Positions 20,195 through 28,196 of a DNA stretch of 32,000 bases are shown here, one piece after another (within the stretch, counting starts at the first letter, position 1; each line of letters begins with the position of its first letter). A program made the position numbers and the translations under genes. Below the pieces are notes generated by a model, which saw only the letters and a program-made list of their open reading frames with translations, was not told where the DNA came from and searched no databases. The stretch is taken from positions 1 to 32,000 of the forward strand of contig NZ_AOOE01000043.1 of the NCBI RefSeq assembly GCF_000406145.1, written 5' to 3'. Source of the stretch: Dickeya dadantii NCPPB 898 (GTDB taxonomy: Bacteria > Pseudomonadota > Gammaproteobacteria > Enterobacterales > Enterobacteriaceae).

Positions 20195-21541
20195 TTACTC
20201 TTCCGTCAACGCCAGATGCATGCGATCCATCAGGGGTTTAAACAGATAATTGATAAACGAACGCTCTCCGGTGCGGACAAACCCCTGCACCGGCATACCA
20301 GGTTTAATTTCCAGCCCGTGCAACGAACGCTTGCCTTCTTCGCTCACCTGAATGCGCAAACCGTAGTACGGCGTGCCGTCCTTTTCGTCCACCAGCCGGT
20401 CAGCGGAAAGCAGGGTCACCGTTCCCGGCACTCGCGGCGTGGTGCTTTGGCTAAACGCGGTGAACTGCAGTTCCACCGGCAGCCCGGACCACACCTTGTC
20501 CACCATTTCCACCGGAATGCGCCCATCCACCAGCAGCGGCTGGTCTTCGGGAACGATGTCCATCATGACCTGCCCGGGGGCGATCACCCCGCCTTCGGTG
20601 AAGATCTTCATATCCACCACGGTGCCGGCAACCGGTGCACGGACCTGCACGTTGGCCAGATTGAAATCCGCCTTCTCGCGCTGACTGATCACCTCATTCA
20701 GTTTGGCCTGTACGTCGGACAATTCGCTGTTGACCTCTTTGTCGTATTCCTGCTGACGCTGGGCGATGCGCAATTTTTGCTGCTGAATATCACGCCGGGT
20801 TCGCCCTACCTCGCCGCTGGTCTGGGCCAGTTCGCCGCTGACCTGCGCAAACAAGCGCTCCGTTTCCAGCATCTTATTACGCGGAACATAGTTATCCGCC
20901 GCCAGCGGCCGCAGTCCCTGCAACTGCTGGCTCAACGTCGCCTGCTCGGACTGTTTGCTGCTCATCACCTTTTGCAATGCGCCAAGCGACGTCTCCAGGC
21001 CATCGATGCTGGCGCGCACTCCGTCTATTTCCAGCTTTAGCGACTGCTGCCGGCTACGCAATAGATCTTCCTGCAACGCAATGATGGCGGCCATTTCCGG
21101 CCGCTGGCGCGCCTGAGTCAGCCGGGGCGTCGCCGCCAGCGACGATTGATTACGTTGTTCCGCCAGCAGTCGGGCTTCACGAGCAATCAATTGATCGTAT
21201 TGGGAGCCCAGCCCTTCGCTGGTGGTACGGGCATCTACCGCATTCAGCGTCAGCAACACCTGACCCGCGGCAACGCGGTCGCCGTCTTTCACCTGAATCC
21301 GGTCGACAATGCCGCCCTGCATGTGTTGGATCACCTTGCGATTACCGGACACCACCACATTGCCTTGCACCGCCACCCCTTTATCCAACGGCGCCAGCAA
21401 GGCCCACAGCAGAAAACCGCCAAAACCGGCGAGCACCAGCCACCAGCCCAGCCGTAACGCGCGCTCTTCATCCCGGCTGGCGCGATCGCGCATTGCTGCT
21501 TCGTTCAATTCATCCTGAGTGGTTATATCCATGCCTGTCAT
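20195..21541 (-). CDS. prtE: HlyD-family membrane fusion protein of the protease T1SS
   Basis: Track ORF 20195..21544 begins at GTG; the adjacent ATG at 21541 gives 448 aa. It has an N-terminal TM segment (LGWWLVLAGFGGFLLWALL), a long coiled-coil and a C-terminal beta-barrel region typical of HlyD/MFP proteins. Confidence 0.93.
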   Translation of the reverse strand: MTGMDITTQDELNEAAMRDRASRDEERALRLGWWLVLAGFGGFLLWALLAPLDKGVAVQGNVVVSGNRKVIQHMQGGIVDRIQVKDGDRVAAGQVLLTLNAVDARTTSEGLGSQYDQLIAREARLLAEQRNQSSLAATPRLTQARQRPEMAAIIALQEDLLRSRQQSLKLEIDGVRASIDGLETSLGALQKVMSSKQSEQATLSQQLQGLRPLAADNYVPRNKMLETERLFAQVSGELAQTSGEVGRTRRDIQQQKLRIAQRQQEYDKEVNSELSDVQAKLNEVISQREKADFNLANVQVRAPVAGTVVDMKIFTEGGVIAPGQVMMDIVPEDQPLLVDGRIPVEMVDKVWSGLPVELQFTAFSQSTTPRVPGTVTLLSADRLVDEKDGTPYYGLRIQVSEEGKRSLHGLEIKPGMPVQGFVRTGERSFINYLFKPLMDRMHLALTEE

Positions 21542-21554
21542 CACGAGATCCCTG

Positions 21555-23282
21555 TCATTGCGGCATTGCGGCCGTGGGGTTCATCCGGGCCTGATTGGCG
21601 GCGCTGCGCTGTTGCAGTTCCGTCAGCACATCCCGCGCCAGTCCCATACGCTGCTGCTGGCCCTCATGGAGGATCAGAATTTTTTGCGCCAGCGTCGTCA
21701 GCGCCGGGCGATGGGTAATCAACACCACGGTGGCGCCGCGTTTCTGCAACGCGACAATCGCCTGCATCAAGGCCTGATCGCCTTCGCTGTCAAGGCTGGC
21801 GTTCGGTTCATCCAGAATCAGCAGGCAAGGATCGCCGTACATGGCACGCGCCAGACCGATACGCTGCCGCTGGCCGCCGGACAAACCGCCGCCGCCATCG
21901 CCCAATTCGGTGTCATAGCCATTGGGTAGCGACAAAATCAGTTCATGTACCCCCGCCAGTTTTGCGGCCGCCACCACTTTTTCCGGATCGGCATCGCCAA
22001 AACGGGCGATGTTTTCCGCCAGCGAGCCCTTAAACAGCTGCACATCCTGCGGCAAATAGCCGATGGTCGGACCAAACGTGTTTTTGTCCACCTGATTCAA
22101 ATCAGCGCCATCCAGACGCACTTTGCCTTGCGTCGGCGACTGCGCGCCGACCAGCAAGCGCGCCAGCGAGGATTTACCGGAACCGGACGCGCCGAGAATC
22201 ACCAGCGTTTCGCCAGCCTGCAACGAGAAATGGATGTTCTGCAGTCGGGTATTGCCCTGCGCCGTGCGCAGCGACACCTGTTCCACACTGAGATGCCCTT
22301 CCGGCGCAGGCAGCGCCATTGCCGCCGGGCGCGGCGGATAGGCGGCGATCAGCCGGGTCAGGCGCTGCCAGGCAATGCGCGCGCTGCTCCACTGTTTCCA
22401 TACCCCGATTAACTGATCGATCGGGCTCAGTACCCGGCCAACCAGAATCGAACCGGCGATCATCATCCCCGGCGTGATCTTGCCGTCGATCGCCAGCAAT
22501 GCTCCCAGCCCCAGCATCAACGACTGCAACGCAATACGGCTGTATTTGGACGCACCGCCTACCGCGGCGGCACGCTCGCTGGCCAGATTCTGCAGGGAAA
22601 TAAAACGGTAATGACGCGCCAGCCAGCGCCGACGCAGGTTGCCCAGCATCCCCATTGCTTCAATAACGTCGGCATTGCGCAACTGAGCGTCAGCCAGATG
22701 GGTCGCCTGTTGCGATTGCTGATTGGCTTCCGCCAGCGGTTGATTGGTCAGATGCTGGTTCAGCCAGGCCAACGCCACCAGCACCACGGTGCCGCCCAGC
22801 GCCAGCATCCCCAGCCAGGGGTGCAGCAAAAACAGCACCAGCAAAAACAGCGGAAACCAGGGCACATCGAAGAAGGCGAACAGCGCATTGCCGGTGATGA
22901 ACTGGCGCAGCAGCGTCAGGTCGGTCAGCGCCAGCCCGGCGCGGCCATCGCCGGCCTCCAGATTACGGGCGAAGGCCGCATTGAAGACATCCTGATTGAG
23001 CGCCAGATCGATACGGGTGCCCAGCCTCACCACCAACAGACTACGAACCCACTCCAGCGCGCCCATAAAGGCGCACAGTCCCGCCATCAGCAACGTCAGC
23101 ATCAGCAGGGTTATACCGTTGCCGGACGCCAGCACCCGGTCATACACCTGCAGCATATATACCGAAGGCGCCAGCATCAGCACATTGATGACGGCGCTGA
23201 AAATCCCGACGCTCCAGAAACTGCGGCGGAACTGGCGCAGCACGCCGAACAACGAACGATCTCGCTCAGAGGAAGCATTCAC
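21555..23282 (-). CDS. prtD: ABC transporter (ATPase/permease) of the protease T1SS
   Basis: 575 aa with a GTG start. An N-terminal 6-TM domain is followed by Walker [10 protein letters not shown], the ABC signature [14 protein letters not shown] and Walker [13 protein letters not shown]. Confidence 0.95.
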   Translation of the reverse strand: MNASSERDRSLFGVLRQFRRSFWSVGIFSAVINVLMLAPSVYMLQVYDRVLASGNGITLLMLTLLMAGLCAFMGALEWVRSLLVVRLGTRIDLALNQDVFNAAFARNLEAGDGRAGLALTDLTLLRQFITGNALFAFFDVPWFPLFLLVLFLLHPWLGMLALGGTVVLVALAWLNQHLTNQPLAEANQQSQQATHLADAQLRNADVIEAMGMLGNLRRRWLARHYRFISLQNLASERAAAVGGASKYSRIALQSLMLGLGALLAIDGKITPGMMIAGSILVGRVLSPIDQLIGVWKQWSSARIAWQRLTRLIAAYPPRPAAMALPAPEGHLSVEQVSLRTAQGNTRLQNIHFSLQAGETLVILGASGSGKSSLARLLVGAQSPTQGKVRLDGADLNQVDKNTFGPTIGYLPQDVQLFKGSLAENIARFGDADPEKVVAAAKLAGVHELILSLPNGYDTELGDGGGGLSGGQRQRIGLARAMYGDPCLLILDEPNASLDSEGDQALMQAIVALQKRGATVVLITHRPALTTLAQKILILHEGQQQRMGLARDVLTELQQRSAANQARMNPTAAMPQ

Positions 23283-23298
23283 GGCAGGGCTCTCTCCC

Positions 23299-23661
23299 TT
23301 AGGCTTTCTTTTTCAGGGTGCGAACGCTGCCGTCAACCAGCTTATGTTCGTAGCGATCGCGGTTGCGGCTGAAAAACGCCACCGCCGAGCCGTCTGCCTG
23401 CGTCAACGTCAAGCCGTCGGGCGTCGGCCGCCAACCGACCGGCGCTTCCGGCAGCAATTTTTGCAGGCACGCGCTGTCGCCAGCCAGCTTCCAGGTCGTG
23501 CCGTCAAGCACATCGGTGTTCAACCGGATATCACAGTGCTGCTCTGCGCCGCTCAATACCCACTGCCCGCTCAGTTCCGCCGCGGACGGCAATCTCAGAC
23601 TGCTCGCCATACATCCTCCACTCAGTGCACTCAATAATGTCGCAATAATAAGCTGTTTCAT
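23299..23661 (-). CDS. inh: periplasmic metalloprotease inhibitor Inh
   Basis: 120 aa with a signal peptide. The size and position (between prtG and prtD) match the Inh inhibitor of the Dickeya prt cluster. The L.G.W.L pattern is typical of the serralysin-inhibitor beta-barrel family. Confidence 0.9.
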   Translation of the reverse strand: MKQLIIATLLSALSGGCMASSLRLPSAAELSGQWVLSGAEQHCDIRLNTDVLDGTTWKLAGDSACLQKLLPEAPVGWRPTPDGLTLTQADGSAVAFFSRNRDRYEHKLVDGSVRTLKKKA

Positions 23662-23728
23662 GATATTCCCATCATTCGGTCATCAGTGAACGCGTTTAAT
23701 AATTGAAACCATCTGGTTAAATATGTTG

Positions 23729-23806
23729 ATAACGGCAGGCATATTTCCGATAAGAGAAAACACCTGCCGTTATTCAACAAACCCGAAAATAGCGGGAGCG
23801 TTCCCG
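23729..23806 (-). terminator. two hairpins between prtG and inh (terminator/attenuator candidate)
   Basis: On the minus strand, CGGGA-ACGC-TCCCG followed by CTATTTTCGGGTTT lies at 23806-23782. It is followed by an 11-bp perfect stem ATAACGGCAGG-N23-CCTGCCGTTAT (23773-23729). Confidence 0.4.
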
Positions 23807-23812
23807 TTATTT

Positions 23813-25246
23813 TTAAACAATAACATCCGACGGTTGTAATGCCGCACCGACAATGTTGACCAGAAAATCAGCCGTCTCGTGCCCGCTTAAATGCAACCAC
23901 ATATTGGTTTGATGAGACTGACTATCCCAATTCAACACCACTTCGTTTCCTTTTCCCGAGAAATTATCCACAAAGCGAAGATCATGATTTTTATTAAATG
24001 CAGATAAATCGATCCGGTCTTCGCCACGCTGGAAATCGGTAATGGTATCCGGCGCCGACGATAGCGAATCCTTTTCCCAGGCATAAACAAAAATGTCTTT
24101 ACCGGCGCCACCGGTTAAAATATCAGCGCCGCCATCGCCATAAAGCACATCATTGCCGGCACCGCCGTCAATACGATTATCAGACAGATTACCCACAATC
24201 ACATCATGGCCTGAACCGCCAATCGCGTTTTCAATCACCGCGCCCGCGGCGATGGAAACATTGCCTTTTAGCCCGCCGACATCCGAGAAGGTGCCGCTAA
24301 TCAGGCTAATACGCTGATTCGCGCTGTAACCGGAGAAATCAAAGGTATCGTTGCCGCCGGCATCCCAAACGGAAAATATCAGCGGCGTTTTGCTGTCTGT
24401 CGCGGTATAAAAATCACGACCACTATTGGAATGAAACCCGTATACCGTATCGCCCGTGCGGGTCGACATATTGGCGCCATACAATTTTTGAATGGCTGCA
24501 ATATCATCCATCAGCGGCGCGGCGGCATGATAGCCATGAAAATCGCCGCCGGTGTACCCTTCATTCCAGTAGCTCATAATACTGAATTGGCGGGTATCCT
24601 CCGCGTAGGTCACGTCTTTATAGCCCGGATTACCGTCGGAAGCGTCATAATCTCCAGGATGATACAGCCCCAGCGTATGGCCGATTTCATGCGTCAGCGT
24701 ATTACGGCCAAATTCATTGATATCCGGCCGCTGATTGTCGGCCTGATTATAATTAAACCAGGCTGAGCCGGCCCATTTCCAATTGCCGGGATAAAAACCG
24801 AACGCCTGGCTGTTGTTATCCGTATTGCCGTCCGGGGTTAATGTATAGTTGCCAAACTGAATGGTGGCGCGCTCACCATCCTTAGCTTCGCTAAATGTGA
24901 CGTTCGCCACATCAGCCCAGGATTGCAATGCCAGTTTGGTCTGTTGAATCTGCGCGGCATTAAATTTGACAAAGCCTTTGAAATTATCAGGCATGTCGCT
25001 ATCAGCGACCGACTGAAGAAAAGAGTAAGTCAGCGCGGCGGATTTACCGAAAACCTTTTCGCCATTCCAGGTAATATTGCCGCGGGTGATTTGATCGCGG
25101 GCCTGCTCCAACGTATAGGACGGCTTATCGCCGATGTTGCCATTGCCGCGGGCGTGGTAATGCCATAATTGATAGACATCCGCCACGCCGGTATAGCCAC
25201 CGGATGATGCGGAAGAAAGATCGGTCTTCTTTCCATATAAAGCCAT
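23813..25246 (-). CDS. prtG: serralysin-family secreted zinc metalloprotease G
   Basis: Track ORF 23813..25291. I prefer the ATG at 25246 (MALYGKKTDL...) after GGAGGA, which aligns its N-terminus with PrtA/B/C. It has HEIGHTLGLYHP, SIMSYW, RTX repeats and a C-terminal ...SDVIV. Confidence 0.9.
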   Translation of the reverse strand: MALYGKKTDLSSASSGGYTGVADVYQLWHYHARGNGNIGDKPSYTLEQARDQITRGNITWNGEKVFGKSAALTYSFLQSVADSDMPDNFKGFVKFNAAQIQQTKLALQSWADVANVTFSEAKDGERATIQFGNYTLTPDGNTDNNSQAFGFYPGNWKWAGSAWFNYNQADNQRPDINEFGRNTLTHEIGHTLGLYHPGDYDASDGNPGYKDVTYAEDTRQFSIMSYWNEGYTGGDFHGYHAAAPLMDDIAAIQKLYGANMSTRTGDTVYGFHSNSGRDFYTATDSKTPLIFSVWDAGGNDTFDFSGYSANQRISLISGTFSDVGGLKGNVSIAAGAVIENAIGGSGHDVIVGNLSDNRIDGGAGNDVLYGDGGADILTGGAGKDIFVYAWEKDSLSSAPDTITDFQRGEDRIDLSAFNKNHDLRFVDNFSGKGNEVVLNWDSQSHQTNMWLHLSGHETADFLVNIVGAALQPSDVIV

Positions 25247-25330
25247 AACATTTCCTCCATGAAATTCGTCTTTATACCCGTAATACTTCAAATTGTAGAT
25301 ATGTTGGCAACACCGCGACTAAACACGAGT

Positions 25331-25378
25331 CTATTCACTGTTTACCCTATTCACTTTTTGTCCTATTGAAAGTGAATA
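25331..25378. promoter_or_regulatory. repeated TATTCACT motif cluster upstream of prtG
   Basis: CTATTCACT occurs at 25331-25339 and 25347-25355 as direct copies. The inverted copy AGTGAATA is at 25371-25378. The cluster is 85-130 nt upstream of the prtG start. Confidence 0.35.
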
Positions 25379-25551
25379 CGCCTTGTGATGCATTAATCAG
25401 CTTGAAATGCGGCATAGACTGACAACACAGACAGGTTAGTAAAACAGAAATAAAATGACAAGATTCTGTCAGGAAAATCGACGTTTTATTACCTTGCGTT
25501 CAGACTACGAAAAAAAACCAGACAGAACATTGAGGAAGGGGAAATTGGCAG

Positions 25552-25586
25552 AATAAAAAGTGGCGCATCTGTCGCCAGCGCGCCAC
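25552..25586 (-). terminator. rho-independent terminator of qorB
   Basis: The minus strand reads GTGGCGC-N13-GCGCCAC followed by TTTTTATTCT, about 25 nt after the qorB stop. Confidence 0.6.
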
Positions 25587-25610
25587 GGTATTTAATAACA
25601 TGAAAAAAAA

Positions 25611-26471
25611 TTACAGCGATGCCAGCGTACCGCGGATAACCTCGGCATAGGGCGTTGTCGAGCGCCCCAGCAACGTCGTCAGCGCGTTCTTATCATCAAA
25701 CAGTCCGCCTTTTTCCGCACCGGCGTCGGAGTCCGCCAGCATATCGGCCAGAAAGTCCGGTAATCCCGCACCTTTCAGCGCGTTGGCGAAATCAGCCTGG
25801 GACAGGTTGATATACTGCACCGGTTTACCGCTTTGCTTCGCAACTTCCGCGGTAAACTCCGCCAGCGTGTAGCTGTGATCGCCGGCCAGCTCGTAAATCT
25901 TCCCTTCCTGACCATGCAGTTGCAGCACTATTGCCGCCGCTTGCGCATAGTCGCCGCGCGCCGCGGAAGCAATGCGACCTTCGCCGGCGGCGCCGATAAA
26001 CGCGCTGTGCGCCAGAGCCGGCGCGATGCTGGCGGCATAGTTTTCGGTATACCAGCCGTTACGCAAAATAACATGAGGGATGCCGGAGGTGCGTAGCGCA
26101 CTCTCGGTCGCCAGATGCTCGGCCGCCAGCCCCAGCGACGAGGTATCCGCGTGCAGCAGGCTGGTATAGGCAATCAGCCCGACACCGGCTTTTTTCGCCG
26201 CGTCAATTACTGCCTTGTGCTGGGTTTCGCGCTTGCCGACTTCACTTGATGAGATCAACAGCAATTTGTCTACCCCGTTCAGCGCGCTGACCAGCGTCTC
26301 CGGCCGATCATAATCACCGTGTCGCACATGAATCCCCTGCGCGGCCAGAGCGCTGGCCTTGGCAGGGTCGCGCACCACCGCAACGATCTGTTCTGCCGGC
26401 ACCGATTTCACCAGCGAATCAATCACCAGACGGCCCAGTTGGCCGGTTGCTCCTGTAATCGCAAACATCAC
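25611..26471 (-). CDS. qorB: NmrA/SDR-like NAD(P)H:quinone oxidoreductase (YtfG/QorB)
   Basis: 286 aa, the same length as E. coli YtfG and colinear with it as recalled: M.AITGATGQLG, KLLLISSSEVG, AYTSLLHADTS.LGLA.EH, LRNGWY.ENY, LADMLADSD.GA.KGGLFDD. AGGAG precedes the ATG. Confidence 0.9.
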   Translation of the reverse strand: MMFAITGATGQLGRLVIDSLVKSVPAEQIVAVVRDPAKASALAAQGIHVRHGDYDRPETLVSALNGVDKLLLISSSEVGKRETQHKAVIDAAKKAGVGLIAYTSLLHADTSSLGLAAEHLATESALRTSGIPHVILRNGWYTENYAASIAPALAHSAFIGAAGEGRIASAARGDYAQAAAIVLQLHGQEGKIYELAGDHSYTLAEFTAEVAKQSGKPVQYINLSQADFANALKGAGLPDFLADMLADSDAGAEKGGLFDDKNALTTLLGRSTTPYAEVIRGTLASL

Positions 26472-26569
26472 GTACTCCTGTTAATGAGAAAACCTTACGC
26501 CACGCTTCAACCCGCATGCTCTCAACGCCAGAACAGGCTGAAGCTCTTGCCAGCAGCATATGACCAAAG

Positions 26570-26602
26570 CTAACTTTTAGTAAGTACTAACAAAAAGGTT
26601 AG
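26570..26602. promoter_or_regulatory. nested inverted repeat upstream of qorB (possible orphan operator)
   Basis: TTAGTA-AG-TACTAA (26577-26590) is flanked by CTAAC (26570-26574) and GTTAG (26598-26602). It is about 100-130 nt upstream of the qorB ATG. Confidence 0.35.
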
Positions 26603-26792
26603 TGTTGAATAAAAATGCCGACAACATCACAGAATGCTCGCCGCCGCCTTCCAGCTGGCATGCTACCGGGTAACCTGTAAGATAATCGACCTGCCGGTTT
26701 TTTAGTTTCAGTCACATCGCACTTATGCGATATTGCTTTTTCAGAGAGCTGATGACGCAAATATTTGTCATATTTGTCACTTCTTTACGTAT

Positions 26793-26819
26793 TTGATTCG
26801 TGATCATCAGAATTATAAT
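26793..26819 (+). promoter_or_regulatory. candidate sigma70 promoter for srfA
   Basis: A perfect -10 TATAAT (26814-26819) lies 58 nt upstream of the srfA GTG. TTGATT (26793-26798) is a possible -35, but the spacer is only 15 nt. Confidence 0.4.
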
Positions 26820-26877
26820 CGCAGATATTGAACACGATTTTCTGCCTTGACGGTTTATCACAAAGGGTCTCTTTGGC

Positions 26878-28194
26878 GTGGCAAAATTATTTTTACGCAG
26901 TGGAAATTTAGACGATTTTCTTGCGTTGGGAGAGAACGGCCAGCCCGTTTATGCTTCGGCGCTGCAACTACGGGAGACACTGCGTCTTCGCAAACAACAG
27001 CACATCGCGGACTGTCTGGCCATCCCCCAACCCAACGAGGATGGCGACCGCATCGACTGGTATGCGCCCTTCGCCGGCAAGATAACCTCCTGGATGGCGG
27101 CCAGCGACGAACAGCGTGAGCAGGCGTTGCTGGTGCTGGAACAGTATCTCGGCACCGTTGGCGCCATTAGCGAGCGGGCGCAGCAATCCAACAAGCCGGC
27201 ACAGAAACTCTTCGGGGTATTGTTGTCGAAAGCCTTTCAGTTTCCAGGTTCCAATCATGTCTATCTGGTGGACGATAAACCGGTCATCACCTTTTGGGGA
27301 TTCGTCAGCCTGGGCAAAAAATCCCGCGCTGATGTGCTGGAGTGCCTGCGCCCGGTTGAACCGGTCGACATTCCCGAGCCGGTTCCGGAACCGCTGCCGG
27401 AAGTGACCACACAGGTCGCCGAACCCGAACCGGAACAACCGCCGCCGCCGGTCGAACCGGAACCGATCGTGGTTGCCGAACCGGTCGCTCCGCCGCAAGC
27501 CGCCCCGTCGCCGCGCCGGGTCTGGACCAGCATCTGGTTGCTGGCGCCGGGCGCCGCGCTGTTGGCGACGCTGGCGTTCCAGATCCGCGGTTGCGTTTCT
27601 CAACCCGAAAACAACGCTCCGCCGGCGGTGACCGCCATCAAACCGGAAAAACGCGCGCTGAGCGCTACGCCGACGGATACGCTTCCACCGCCGAATCTGC
27701 CGTTGCAAGTAGCGACGCTGCTGACGCCGCCAGCGCTGGCTGAACAGAAGAAACCCGAAGAAAAAGCGCCGGAAGCCCCCGCCCATGTCGAGATGAGCGC
27801 CGCGCCGAAAGGCGCGCTGGTGATGCCTGCCGACGCAGTAAAAATCGGCTCCATCCGTTTCCTCGACGGCAACTGGCAGGCGGTCGTTTCCATGAAAAAT
27901 CCGCTGACCGGCAAACCGCCGGTTCTCCGCTACCAGATCAAAGACGGCAAAGGCCGGGTTCGCTTTAACTACAGCGAAAAAGTCACCTGCCAGGCTGAGG
28001 TGGAAGCCGGGTTGCATCAGTCCGGCAATCTGGTGATCAACAGCCGCTATCGGGCGCGCTGCAGCGATGGTTCCCGTTATCCGATGCCGGAAATCGTCTG
28101 CACCCGGCAAGAATCGAGCGAGGCCGCAGAATGTAAAGGCCGCTACGATGCCGACACAGAGCTACCGATGACGATTAAGCGTGAGAGCAAATAA
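26878..28194 (+). CDS. srfA: SrfA-like protein: bitopic membrane protein with Pro/Glu-rich spacers
   Basis: 438 aa with a GTG start. It is first in a coupled three-gene set. The N-terminal sequence and the size and order of the three genes fit my recollection of the Salmonella-type srfABC operon. One TM segment lies at residues 215-236 (VWTSIWLLAPGAALLATLAFQI). Confidence 0.8.
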   Translation: MAKLFLRSGNLDDFLALGENGQPVYASALQLRETLRLRKQQHIADCLAIPQPNEDGDRIDWYAPFAGKITSWMAASDEQREQALLVLEQYLGTVGAISERAQQSNKPAQKLFGVLLSKAFQFPGSNHVYLVDDKPVITFWGFVSLGKKSRADVLECLRPVEPVDIPEPVPEPLPEVTTQVAEPEPEQPPPPVEPEPIVVAEPVAPPQAAPSPRRVWTSIWLLAPGAALLATLAFQIRGCVSQPENNAPPAVTAIKPEKRALSATPTDTLPPPNLPLQVATLLTPPALAEQKKPEEKAPEAPAHVEMSAAPKGALVMPADAVKIGSIRFLDGNWQAVVSMKNPLTGKPPVLRYQIKDGKGRVRFNYSEKVTCQAEVEAGLHQSGNLVINSRYRARCSDGSRYPMPEIVCTRQESSEAAECKGRYDADTELPMTIKRESK

Positions 28195-28196
28195 CC

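Noticed and set aside
25385-25400. CRP-like site TGTGATGCATTAATCA upstream of prtG, and TGACA-N6-TGTCA at about 25455-25470.
   Set aside because: Only one half-site matches the TGTGA-N6-TCACA consensus, and the second element has the wrong half-site sequence.
26762-26779. Pho-box or other OmpR/PhoB-type site at TATTTGTCATATTTGTCA upstream of srfA.
   Set aside because: The half-site period is 9 bp, not 11 bp, and the half-sites are TTGTCA rather than CTGTCAT. It is kept only as an unexplained repeat.
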